A DNA stretch of 64,000 nucleotides from Macrostomum lignano (lineage: Eukaryota), in contig NIVC01000437.1 in assembly GCA_002269645.1 (NCBI GenBank), forward strand, positions 1-64,000, written 5' to 3'. Shown here one piece after another: positions 24,125 through 35,692 of this stretch (positions are counted from its first letter, which is position 1; each line of letters opens with the position of its first letter). Under the pieces are notes generated by a model. That model was not told the DNA's origin, made no database searches, and saw nothing but the letters and a program-made list of their open reading frames with translations. A program made the translations under genes and the position numbers.

Positions 24125-26350
24125 TTTTATGTTTAACAGGGTGGCTCTTTTATGTTCTACGCTCGTACATGGTAACTCTTTTATGTTTGATACGGTGGCT
24201 TTTCAATGTCTGACATAGTGGCTCTTCTATGTTTGACATGGGGGCTCTTCTATGTTTGACATGGGGGCTCTTCTATGTTTGACATGGGGGCTCTTCTATG
24301 TTTGACAAAGTGGCTTTTTAATGTTTGACATGGTGGCTCTATTATGTTTGACATGGTGGCTCTTTAATGTTCGAAATGGTGGCTCTTTAATGTTCAAAAA
24401 GGTGGCTCTTTTATGTTTGACATGGTGGCTCTTTAATGTTTGACATGGTGGCTCTTTAATGTTTGACATGGTGGCTCTTTAATGTTAGACAAAGTAGCTC
24501 TTTAATGTTTGACATGATGGCTCTTCAATGATAGACATGGTGGCTCTTTAATTTTTGACATGGTGGCTCTTTAATGTTGGACATGGTGGCTCTTTAATGT
24601 TAGACATGGTGGCTCTTTAATGTTCGACATAAAGTCACTTATATGTTTGACATGATGGCTCTTTTATGTTTAACATGGTGGCTCTTTAATGTTTGACATG
24701 GTAGCTCTTTAAAGTTCGACATGGTGGCTCTTTAATGTTCGACATGGTGGCTCTTTACTGTTCGACATGGTGGCTCTTTTATGTTCGACATGGTGTTGCT
24801 TCAATGTTTGACATGGAGTTACGTATATGTTTTACATGGTGGCTCTTTTATGTTCGACGTGGTGGCTCTTTAATGTTTGACATGGGGTCTCTTCAATGTT
24901 TGACATGGAGTTACGTATATGTTTGACATGGTGGCTCTTTAATGTTTTACATGGTGGCACTTTCATGTTTGACCTGGTGGCTCTTAAATGTTTGACATGG
25001 TGGCTCTTGATTGTTCGACATAGAGTCATGTATATGTTTGCCATGGTGGCTCTTTAATGTTAGACCTGGTGGCTCTTTAATGTTAGACCTGGTGGCTCTT
25101 TTATGTTTTGCATGGTGGCTCTTTTATGTTCGACATGGTGTCTCTTCAATGTTTGACATGGAGTCATGTATATGTTTGACATGGTGGCTCTTGTATTTTT
25201 AACACGTTGGCTCTTTAATGTTCGACATGGTGGCTCTTTAATGTCTAACATGGAGTCACGTATATGTTTGACATGGAGTCATGTATATGTCTGATATGGT
25301 AGCTCTTTAATGTTTTACATGGAGTTACCTATATGTTTCACATGGTGGCTATTTTATGTTTGACATGGTGGTTCTTAAATGTTCGACATGGTGGCTCTTT
25401 AATGTTTTACATGGTGGCTCTTTAATATTTGACATGGTGGCCCTTTTATGTTCTACACGGTGGCTCTTTAATGTTTGACATGGAGTCATGTATATGTTTG
25501 ACCTGGTGGCTCTTTAATGTTTGACATGGTGGCTCTTTAATGTTTTATATGGTGGCACTTTTATGTTTGACCTGGTGGCTCTTTAATGTTTGACATGGTG
25601 GCTTTTTAATATTTGACATGGTGGCACTTTCATGTTTGACCTGGTGGGTCTTTAATGTTTGACATGGTACCTCTTTTATGTTCGACATGGTGGCTCTTTA
25701 ATGTTTTACATGGTGGCTCTTTAATGTTTGACATGGTGACTCTTTTATGTTCTACATGGTGGCTCTTTTATGTTCGACATGGTGGCTCTTTAATGTTTGA
25801 TAAGGTGGCTCTTTAATGTTTAAAATGGTGGCTCTTTAATTTTCGAAATGGTGGCTGTTTTATGTTTGACATGGTGGCTCTTTAATGTTCGACATGGTGG
25901 CTCTTTAATGTTCTTAATGGTGTCTGTTTTATGTTTGACATGGCGGCTCTTTAATGTTTGACATGGTAACTCTTTTAGGTTTGAAATGGTGTCTCTTTAA
26001 TGTTTGACATGGTGGCTTTTTAATGTTTGACATGGTGGCTTTTTATTGTTCGACATGGTGGCTCTTTTAGGTTTGAAATGGTGGCTCTTTAATGTTTGAC
26101 ATTGTGGCTCTTTAATGTTCGACATGGTGGCTCTTTAATGTTTGACATGGTAACTCTTTTATGTTTGATATGGTGGCTCTTTTATGTTCGACATGGTGGC
26201 TCTTTAATGTTCGACATGGTGGCTCTTTTAGGTTTGAAATGGTGGCTCTTTAATGTTTGACATTGTGGCTCTTTAATGTTTGAAATGGTGGCTCTTTAAT
26301 GTTTGACATTGTGGCTCTTTAATGTTTGAAATGGTGGCTCTTTAATGTTT
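24125..26350. repeat. 23-bp minisatellite GACATGGTGGCTCTTTAATGTTT, roughly 95 copies
   Basis: Directly visible degenerate tandem array. Confidence 0.96.
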
Positions 26351-26403
26351 AGAATTTTGTGTTTTTAAGGTGTTTTAATAAAAAAAACATTTTTCACTAC
26401 TAA

Positions 26404-26457
26404 GATTCGAACCAAGGTCGCTACATTAGCATTCCAGTCTGTTTGCATCCAGCTATC
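26404..26457 (-). other. tRNA-like segment with B-box inside element 3
   Basis: Minus strand reads GATAGCTGGATGCAAACAGACTGGAATGCTAATGTAGCGACCTTGGTTCGAATC, homologous to 22461-22516. Confidence 0.5.
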
Positions 26458-27089
26458 TCTTTTCAATTGGAGAACTTGAATTGTGGCCCTATAATAAATT
26501 CTTATAGCAAGTCAGTTAGAGTAAAAAGTTATGACATAATCAATTTCTCAGTCAGCCAGTATCAGTCTGAATTCAAGTTAGCAATATGGTTACGCAATTT
26601 CAATGAAGTCTTGTGTGCGTTTCTGTGGCACTGTTTTCAACTTGTTGTGATGCAATCTTTATCACAATCGTAATTCAGCCAGTCAGTTTTTTCTCTAGCA
26701 TTCTTACAATTCATTTCAAGTCAAAAATTTGGCTTGACCTTTGCAAAAAAGCATGTTTTTCGAATATTTAATCCCTTTAACATTGAGCAATTTCTTAGCC
26801 AAGATGCATGTACCGTCCCAGGAAAATTTCTGATCGAATGGTGCAAGTTTGAAGAAAATCGGTTGAGCCATTTTTTCTGAAATCTATCGCATAGCTAGTT
26901 AGTTACAGACATTTCATTTTTAGTATATAGGAAGTGGAACTCCTCCTTCGGAGGAGAAAGGGGAAGAACTCCCATCACCGGAATTCCATTCCCTGTAATA
27001 TCCATCAACTGAAATTCCATGTCTTGAACCCTATCTTCCAAATCGTCTCCAAATTCTTTACAAAACTTTTCAAAGACCATGGCTCAAAG

Positions 27090-27990
27090 ACTCTCACGTC
27101 TCTCATATCTCCTCTCTCCTCTCTTCGCTATTATCGTGACTCTCTTCTCTCTCTTCTCTCTCCTCTCTCTCATCTCATCTCTATCCCTACTCCCTTATTT
27201 ATTTCTTGTCCCTCGTCTTTCGTCTGTACCTTCTCCTGTCTCTTGTCTCCTCTCTTCTCTCATCTCTCCTCTTCACTTCTGTCTCCTGTCTCCTCTCTTC
27301 TCTCTTATCTCTCCCTCTTCCCTCCTCTCTCATATGTCATCTCTACTCACTTATCTATCAACTTATCTTATCTCTATATTCTCCCTTCGTTGCTCCTTTC
27401 ATCTTCTCCCCTTTCTTCTCTAATCTCTAATCTCTTCTCTCTTATGTTCTCACTCATCTCTTCTCATCGCATCTCTAATCTCTCCTCTCCTCTCCTCACT
27501 ACTTTCCTCTCTTAACTCTCTCATCTCTGATCTTTCATCTCTCTCCTCTCTCTCTACTCCTTTCGCTTCTTTCTCCTCTCATTTCTACTACCTTATTTAT
27601 ATCTTCTCCCTGGTCTGTCGTCTGTACCCTCTCCTGTCTCCTTTCTCCCCTCTTTTCTCCTCTCTTCTCTCTCCCCTCCTCTCTTATCTCTCATCCTTCA
27701 TCTCATTCTTTCTTTCTCCTTTACTCTCTCTTCTCTTCTATTTCCCCTGTACGCTCCTATCCCGTCTCTCTTCTCTCTCTTCTCATCCATCTTGTCTCCT
27801 CTCTGCTATCTCATATCTCCCATCTCATCTCCTCTCTCCTCTTCTATTCTGTCCCCCTCTTCATTCCCGCATCACTCCCCTCTTCTCTCCTATCTGTCAT
27901 CTCTCCTCTCTAATTTCTACTCTCTTTTCTATCATCTCATTTCTCTTCTCTTTTCGCTCTTCTCTTTACTCTCTTCTCTGACTGACTGAA
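27090..27990. repeat. About 1-kb CT-rich low-complexity tract; representative of homologous tracts in the seven long units (~29350, ~31910, ~35390, ~37670, ~40215, ~42495)
   Basis: Extreme pyrimidine bias on the plus strand, with alignable wording between units. Confidence 0.9.
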
Positions 27991-28269
27991 GATGCAAAAT
28001 CCATCAAAATCCTCTGCGCGAAGCAGAAATCCTGTCGGTGCAAATGAAAACCATCGAAATCCTCTCCGTGAAACTGGACTCCTTCGAAATCCTCTCCTTC
28101 AAACTTAAATCCATTAAAATCGTCTCCATTAAACAGAAATTAATCATAAATTATCTCCACGAAACAGAAATCCTCTCCGTCAAAATTAAAACATTGAAAT
28201 CGTCTCCGCTAAACTGGACTTAATCGAATTTTTTTCCGTCAAACAACTCAACTCTCCGGATTCATTGGC

Positions 28270-28296
28270 TAGGGTTAGGGTTAGGGTTAGGGTTAG
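28270..28296 (+). repeat. Interstitial telomere-like (TTAGGG)n tract; one per family B unit (also ~30793, 33885, 36580, 38708, 41408, 43537, 45137, 46353, 47536)
   Basis: TAGGGTTAGGGTTAGGGTTAG at the same relative position in each unit. Confidence 0.85.
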
Positions 28297-31200
28297 AACT
28301 ACACACAGCTTCGTGTTAAAAGGCACTGATAAAAATATTGAACTAATTGAATCAATTCATTGCGCAACCGATTTCACAGTCAGTCAGTATCAGTCTCAGT
28401 TAAAGTTAACAAAAACATTGCGCAATCTAAATCAACCCTCTAATACACAGCAGCAGTGAGAAGTTGAACCCTCCCCTAACTTTATCTATTACGTCTCGCA
28501 AAACTGAGTACAATTTTTGCAAAAAGTTAAAAGTATGGAAATAGTTTTTTAAATGCTGTGCTTTTTCTTTTCATATTTAAAGCAAACAACTTACATCCCC
28601 GAACTCAGCGTTGCAAGATCTTTCCAACAATATAAGTTTCTCCTATCAAAGTTTAAAACTCGAGGAACAGTTAGCGTTTAAAGCTGTCTGATTTATAGCA
28701 TTGAAGTATCGAGTGTACATTCACTGCCTGCTTGCAAGTTGATGCATTGAATTTCAATGTCCAACAAATACACAGGGCTGCCCATTGAAAGGCAGGAAAA
28801 CTTATCAGTAGCTATATCATTGCGCAATTATCTATACAGTCAGCCAGTGAGCCAGGGTCCAAGTGTACACACGCAGCCACTGAGAACGCTCCCACCCCCC
28901 ACTGGAAAGAAAATACACTACAGAGATAGGGAAAAGTTGTGGCGCAATCACAAAAAATTCATGCATTTTTCAGCTCCAAGCAGAAAGAGGGGACAATTAA
29001 GATTATCAAAGGTCAAGATTCAAGTTTTCTGCTTTTTGAGGATCTTAGAAATTAAAATTTCAGAATTAAAATAGCCTATAGCCGACCTCGGATAATTTCC
29101 AATCTTCCCATATAAGTTTCAACGCTGAGTTGCCACTATTCAAGGAGGAGTTGTCGAAATGACAGACAGACAAACAACACGTGAACTTTAGTATATGTAC
29201 GAAGTGGAACTCCTCCTTCGGAGGAGAAAGGGGAAGAACTCCCATCACCGGAATTCCATTCCCTGAAATATCCATCAACTGAAATTCCATGTCTTGAACC
29301 CTATCTTCCAAATCGTCTCCAAATTCTTTACAAACCTTTCAAAGACCATAGCTCAAAGACTCTTACGTCTCTCGTATCTCCTCTCTCCTCTCTTCGCTAT
29401 TATCGTGACTCTCTTCTCTCTCCTCTCTCTCATCTCATCTCTACCCCTACTCCCTTATTTATCTCTTCTCCCTCGTCTTTCGTTTGTACCCTCTCCTGTC
29501 TCTTGTCTCCTCTCTTCTCTCATATCTCTCCTCTTCACTTCTGTCTCCTGTCTCCTCTCTTCTCTCTTATCTCTCCCTCTTCTCTCCTCTCTCATATGTC
29601 ATCTCTCCTTACTTATCTATCGTCTCTCTTAACCCTCTCTCTCTTCTCTTTTCTCTCCTATCTGCTTCTCATTTCTCATATCTCATATACGCTCTCACAC
29701 TCTACTTTCTTGTCTCCCATCTTTCTTTCCTCCTTACCACTATCCCCTGTCTCTTCTCTTCTCTCTTTTCTATCCTCTCCATTCTCTCTTCTCTCCTCTC
29801 CTTTCTCCTTTCGTCTTCTCCCCTCTCTTCTCTAATCTCTAATCTCTTCTCTCTTATGTTCTCACTCATCTCTTTTCTCATCGCATCTCTCATCTCTCCT
29901 CTCCTTACTACTTTTCTTCTCCTAACTCTCTTATCTCTGATCTTTCATCTCTTTCCTCTCTCCTCTCTCTCTTCTCCTCTCGCTTCTCTATCTCCTCTCT
30001 CTCCTCTCATCTATACTACCTTATTTATATCTTCTACCTGGTCTTTCGTCTCTACTCTCTCCTGTCTCATTTCTCCCCTCTTTTCTCCTCTTTTCTCTCT
30101 CCCCTCCTCTCTCATCTCTCATCCCTCATCTCACTCCTTCTTTCTCCTCTACTCTCCCTCTTTTCTATTACCTCTGTACGCTCTTATCCCTCATCTCTAT
30201 TCTCTTTCCTATCATCTCTCTTGTCACCCTCTGCTATCTCATATCTCCCCTCTCGTCTCCTCTCTCCTCTTCTTTTCTCTCTCCTTCGTTCCCGCCTTAC
30301 TCCCCTCTTCTCTGCCATCTGTCATGTCTAATCTCTCGTCTCATTTCTACTCTGTTTTCTATCATCTCATCTCATCTCTCTTCTCTTTTCATTCTTCTCT
30401 TTACTCTCTTCTCTGACTGATTGAAGATGCCAAATTCATCAAGATCCTCTCCGCGAAGCAGAAATCCTTTCCGTGCAACTGAAAACCATTGAAATCCTCT
30501 TCGTGAAACTGGACTCCTTCGAAATCATTTCCTTGAAACTTAAATCCATCAAAATCACAGAAATCGTCTCCATAAAACAGAAATCAATCATAAATTATCT
30601 CGGCGAAACAGAAATCCTCTCCGTGAAGCTGAACATCATCGAAATCCTCTCTTCATGAAACTGAACACCATCGAAATCCTCTCCACGATACAGAAATCCT
30701 CTCCGTCAAAATAAAACATTGAAATCATCTCCGCTAAACTGGACTCAATAGAATTTTTTTCCGTCAAACAACTCAACTCTCCGGATTCATTGGTTAGGGT
30801 TAGGGTTAGGGTTAGGGTTAGAACTGCGCACAGCTTCGTGTTAAAAGGCACTGATAAAAATATTGAACTAATTGAATCAATTCATTGCGCAACCGATTTC
30901 ACAGTCAGTCAGTCAGTATCAGTCTCAGTTAAAGTTAACAAAAACATTGCGCAATCTAAATCAACCCTCCAATACACAGCAGCAGTGAAAAGTTGAACCC
31001 TCCCCCAACTTTATCCATTACGTCTCGCAAAACTGAGTGCAATCTTTGCAGAAAGTTAAAAGTGTGGAAATAGTTTTTCAAATGCTGTGCTTTTTCTTTT
31101 CATATTTAAAGCAAACAACTTATATCCTCAAACTCTAAAAGTCTCAATTCTAATTCTCCTCTAAAAGTTTAAAACTCGAGGAACAGTTAGCGTTTGAAAT

Positions 31201-32186
31201 TTACCGATTTCCCGACTTCTTGCTAGAGATGCTCGCAAGTTTATTCATTGAATTTCACTGCCCAGCTAATACACAGGGCCGATAATAAAACCAATTGAAT
31301 CTCGGCACAGTTCTATCTGTTTACAACAGCTATGTACACTCAGCCCAAGCCCACCCCCCCGTTCCGGGGAATCATTAAATTCAACTCAACTCCCCAACAC
31401 GCGGGGGTTTTATTTGCATTGAACGCAGAACACGCGCACCCACCACCCCTCAATACACAGCGGCCCGCGGGCGGAGGTTGGGGTGGCTATTTTTACAAAC
31501 TGGCTGAAGCCCCAGGCAGAGTGGCGAAAGAAGGTTATTGGGGGGTCAAAAAGGCAGTTTTCTGCTTTTTTGAGGATCTTAGAAATTAAAATTTCAGAAT
31601 TAAAATAGCCTATAGCCGACCTCGGATAATTTCCAATCTTCCCATATAAGTTTCAACGCTGAGTTGGCACTATTCAAGGAGGAGTTGTCGAAATGACAGA
31701 CAGACACACAGACAGACAGACAGACAGACAAACAACGCGTCAACTTTAGTATATGTAGAGTGGAACTCCTCCTTCGGAGGAGAAAGGGGAAGAACTCCCA
31801 TCACCGGAATTCCATTCCCTGAATTATCCATCAACTGAAATTCCATGTCTTGAACCCCATCTTCCAAATCGTCTCCAAATTCTTTACAAACCTTTCAAAG
31901 ACCATAGCTCAAAGACTCTTACGTCTCTCATATCTACTCTCTCCTCTCTTCGCTATTATCGTGACTCTCTTCTCTCTCCTCTCTCTCATCTCATCTCTAC
32001 CCCTACTTCCTTATTTATCTCTTCTCCTCGTCTTTCGTCTGTACCCCCTCCTGTCTCCTCTGTTCTCTGTTCTATCACATCTCTATTCTTCACTTCTGTC
32101 TCCTGTCTCCTCTCTTCTCTCTTATCTCTCCTTCTTCTCTTCTCTCTCATATGTCATCTCTACTCACTTATCTATCGTCTCTCTTA

Positions 32187-32250
<64 letters not shown>

Positions 32251-35200
32251 CTGCTCTCATTTCTTATATCTCATATACGGTCTCAGACTCTACTTTCTTG
32301 TCTCCCATCTTTCTTTCCTCCTTTCCACTACCCCCGTCTCTTCTCTTCTCTCTTTTCTAATCTCTAATCTCTTCTCTCTTATGTTCTCACTCATCTCTTT
32401 TCCTCGCATCTCTCATCTCTCCTCTCCTCACTACTTCCCTCTCTTAACTCTCTCATCTCTGATTTTTCATCTCTCTCCTCTCTCCTCTCGCTCTTTTCCT
32501 TTCGCTTCTCTCTCCTCCTCTCCTCTCATCTCTACTACTTTATTTATATCTTCTCCCTCGTCTTTCGTCTCTACTCTCGTCTGTCTCCTTTCTCCCTTTT
32601 TTCTCCTCTTTTCTCTCTTCTCTCTCCGCTCCTCTCTCATCTCTCATCCCTCATCTCACTCTTTCTTTCTCCTCTACTCTCCCCTCTCTTCTATTTCCTC
32701 TGTACGCTCTTATCCTTCATCTATTCTCTCTCCTATTATCTCTCTTGTCTCCCTTTGCTATCTCATATATCCACTCTTATCTCCTCTCTCCTCTTCGCTT
32801 TTCTGTCCTTCGTTCCCGCCTTAATCCCCTCTTCTCTCCCATCTGTCATGTCTAATCTCTCCACTCATTTCTACTCTGTTTTCTACCATCTCATATCTCT
32901 TCTCTTTTCATTCTTCTTTTTATTCTCTTCTCTGACTGATTGAAGGGGATCTCTCCTCTCTGCTCTCATTTCTTATATCTCATATACGGTCTCAGACTCT
33001 ACTTTCTTGTCTCCCATCTTTCTTTCCTCCTTTCCACTACCCCCCGTCTCTTCTCTTCTCTCTTTTCTAATCTCTAATCTCTTCTCTCTTATGTTCTCAC
33101 TCATCTCTTTTCCTCGCATCTCTCATCTCTCCTCTCCTCACTACTTCCCTCTCTTAACTCTCTCATCTCTGATTTTTCATCTCTCTCCTCTCTCCTCTCG
33201 CTCTTTTCCTTTCGCTTCTCTCTCCTCCCTCTCCTCTCATCTCTACTACTTTATTTATATCTTCTCCCTCGTCTTTCGTCTCTACTCTCGTCTGTCTCCT
33301 TTCTCCCCTTTTTTCTCCTCTTTTCTCTCTTCTCTCTCCGCTCCTCTCTCATCTCTCATCCCTCATCTCACTCTTTCTTTCTCCTCTACTCTCCCCTCTC
33401 TTCTATTTCCTCTGTACGCTCTTATCCTTCATCTATTCTCTCTCCTATTATCTCTCTTGTCTCCCTTTGCTATCTCATATATCCACTCTTATCTCCTCTC
33501 TCCTCTTCGCTTTTCTGTCCTTCGTTCCCGCCTTAATCCCCTCTTCTCTCCCATCTGTCATGTCTAATCTCTCCACTCATTTCTACTCTGTTTTCTACCA
33601 TCTCATATCTCTTCTCTTTTCATTCTTCTTTTTATTCTCTTCTCTGACTGATTGAAGATGCCAAATCAATCAAGATCCTCTCCGCGAAGCAGAAATCCTG
33701 TCCGTGCAACTGAAAACCATCGAAATCCTCTCCGTGAAACTGAAGAGAATCGAAATCCTCTCCGCGAAACAGAAATCCTCTCCGTGAAACTGAAAACCAT
33801 CGAAATTCTTTCTTTTAAACTGGACTCAATCGAAATTTTCTCCGTCAAAAAGAATAAATATCAGGATTCATTGGTTATTGTTAAGGGTTAGGGTTAGGGT
33901 TAGAGCTACACACAGCTGCGTGTTCAAATAAAAAATGAACCAATTGAAGCAATTGATTGCGCAACCGATTTCACAGTCAGTCAGTATCAGTCTCAGTTAA
34001 AGTTAGCAAAAAAATTGCGCAATCTAAATCAACCCTCCAGTACACAGAGACCGACCCCTTTTCAATACGCAGTGGCAGTTAGAAATTGAACCTCAAACTT
34101 TTGGGGGCATTGAACAAAAAAATGAGTACAATCTTTGCATAAAGCTAAAAGTATGGAAATGGTTTTTTGAAACATTTTATATCCTCGAACTCAGCGTTGC
34201 AAGATCTTTTCAGCAGTATAAGTCTCTTCTCTTAAAGTTTAGAACTCGAAGAGCAGTTAGCGTTTGAAAGTTCCCGTTTTAAAGCATTGAAATGTCGCGT
34301 GTACGTTCACTGCCTGCCAAAGAGGCTCGCAAGTTTATTCATTTACTACACAGGCCGGCTATTACACAGGGCAGCCTATTGAAAGGCACAGATAATAAAA
34401 CAAAATTGATGGCGCAACTGATTTCACAGTATGTCAGTATCAGTCTCAGTTACAGTTAACAAAAAGATTGCGCAATCTAAATCAACCCTCCAATACACAG
34501 CGCCCGACCGCCTTCCACTACGCAGTGGCAATTAGCAATTGAACCCCCAAATTTATCTCTGACCTATCGCAAAAATAAGTACAATCTTTGCAGCAAGTTA
34601 AAAGTAAAAGTAATAAAATCGTTTTTTGAATGCTGTGCTTTTAATTTTTACAGTTAAAGCAAACAACTTATATCCCTGAACTCAGCGTTGCAAGATCTTT
34701 CCAGCAATATAAGTCTCTCCTCTCAAAGTTCAAAAATCGAGCAACAGTTAGCATTTGAAACTTTCTGATTTAAAGCATTGAAATATCGAGTGTACGTTCA
34801 CTGCCTGCTAGAGAGGCTCGCAAATTGATGCATTGAATTTCACTGTCCGCCAGTTAGCTAGGGTCCAAGTGTACACACGCCGCCACTGAGAACGCTCCTA
34901 TCCCCCCACTGGAGAGAAAATACACTGCCAAGTTAGCAAAATTTTATGGCGCAATCACTTAAAATTCATGCAAATTTTCAGCTCCAAGCAGAAAGAGGGG
35001 ACAATTAAGATTATCAAAGGTCAAGACCGCCGTTTTCTGCTTTTTTGAGGATCTTAGAAATTAAAATTTCAGAATTAAAATAGCCTATAGCCGACCTCGG
35101 ATAATTTCCAATCTTCCCATATAAGTTTCAACGCTGAGTTGCCACTATTCAAGGAGGAGTTGTCGAAATGACAGACAGACACACAGACAGACAGACAAAC

Positions 35201-35658
35201 AACACGTGAACTTTAGTATATGTAGAAGTGGAACTCCTCCTTCGGAGGAGAAAGGGGAAGAACTTCCATCACCGGAATTCTATTTTCTGAAATATCCATC
35301 AACTGAAATTCCATGTCTTGAACCCTATCTTCCAAATCTTCTCCAATTTTTTTTGCAAAACCTTTCAAAGACCATAGCTCAAAGACTTTCATGTCTCTCA
35401 TATCTCCTCTCTCCTCTCTTCGCTATTATAGTGACTCTCTTCTTTCTCCTCACTCTCATCTCATCTCTACCCCTACTTCCTTATTTATGTCTTCACCCTC
35501 GTCTTTCGTCTGTACCCTCTCCTGTCTCTTGTCTCCTCTCTTGTCTCATATCTCTCCTCTTCACTTCTCTCTTGTCTCCTCTCTTCTCTCCTATCTCTCC
35601 TTCTTCTCTCCTCTCTCATATGTCATCTCTACTCACTTATCTATCGTCTCTCTTAACC

Positions 35659-35692
<34 letters not shown>

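Larger units (their letters stand above)
23016..26932 (-). mobile_element. Non-autonomous Helitron element 3 (family A)
   Basis: 3' CTAG at 23019-23016 is preceded by a CCCCC-ATC-GGGGG hairpin. The 5' end TCCTATATACTAAAAATG is at ~26932. The shared 5' module spans ~26450-26930. Confidence 0.88.
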
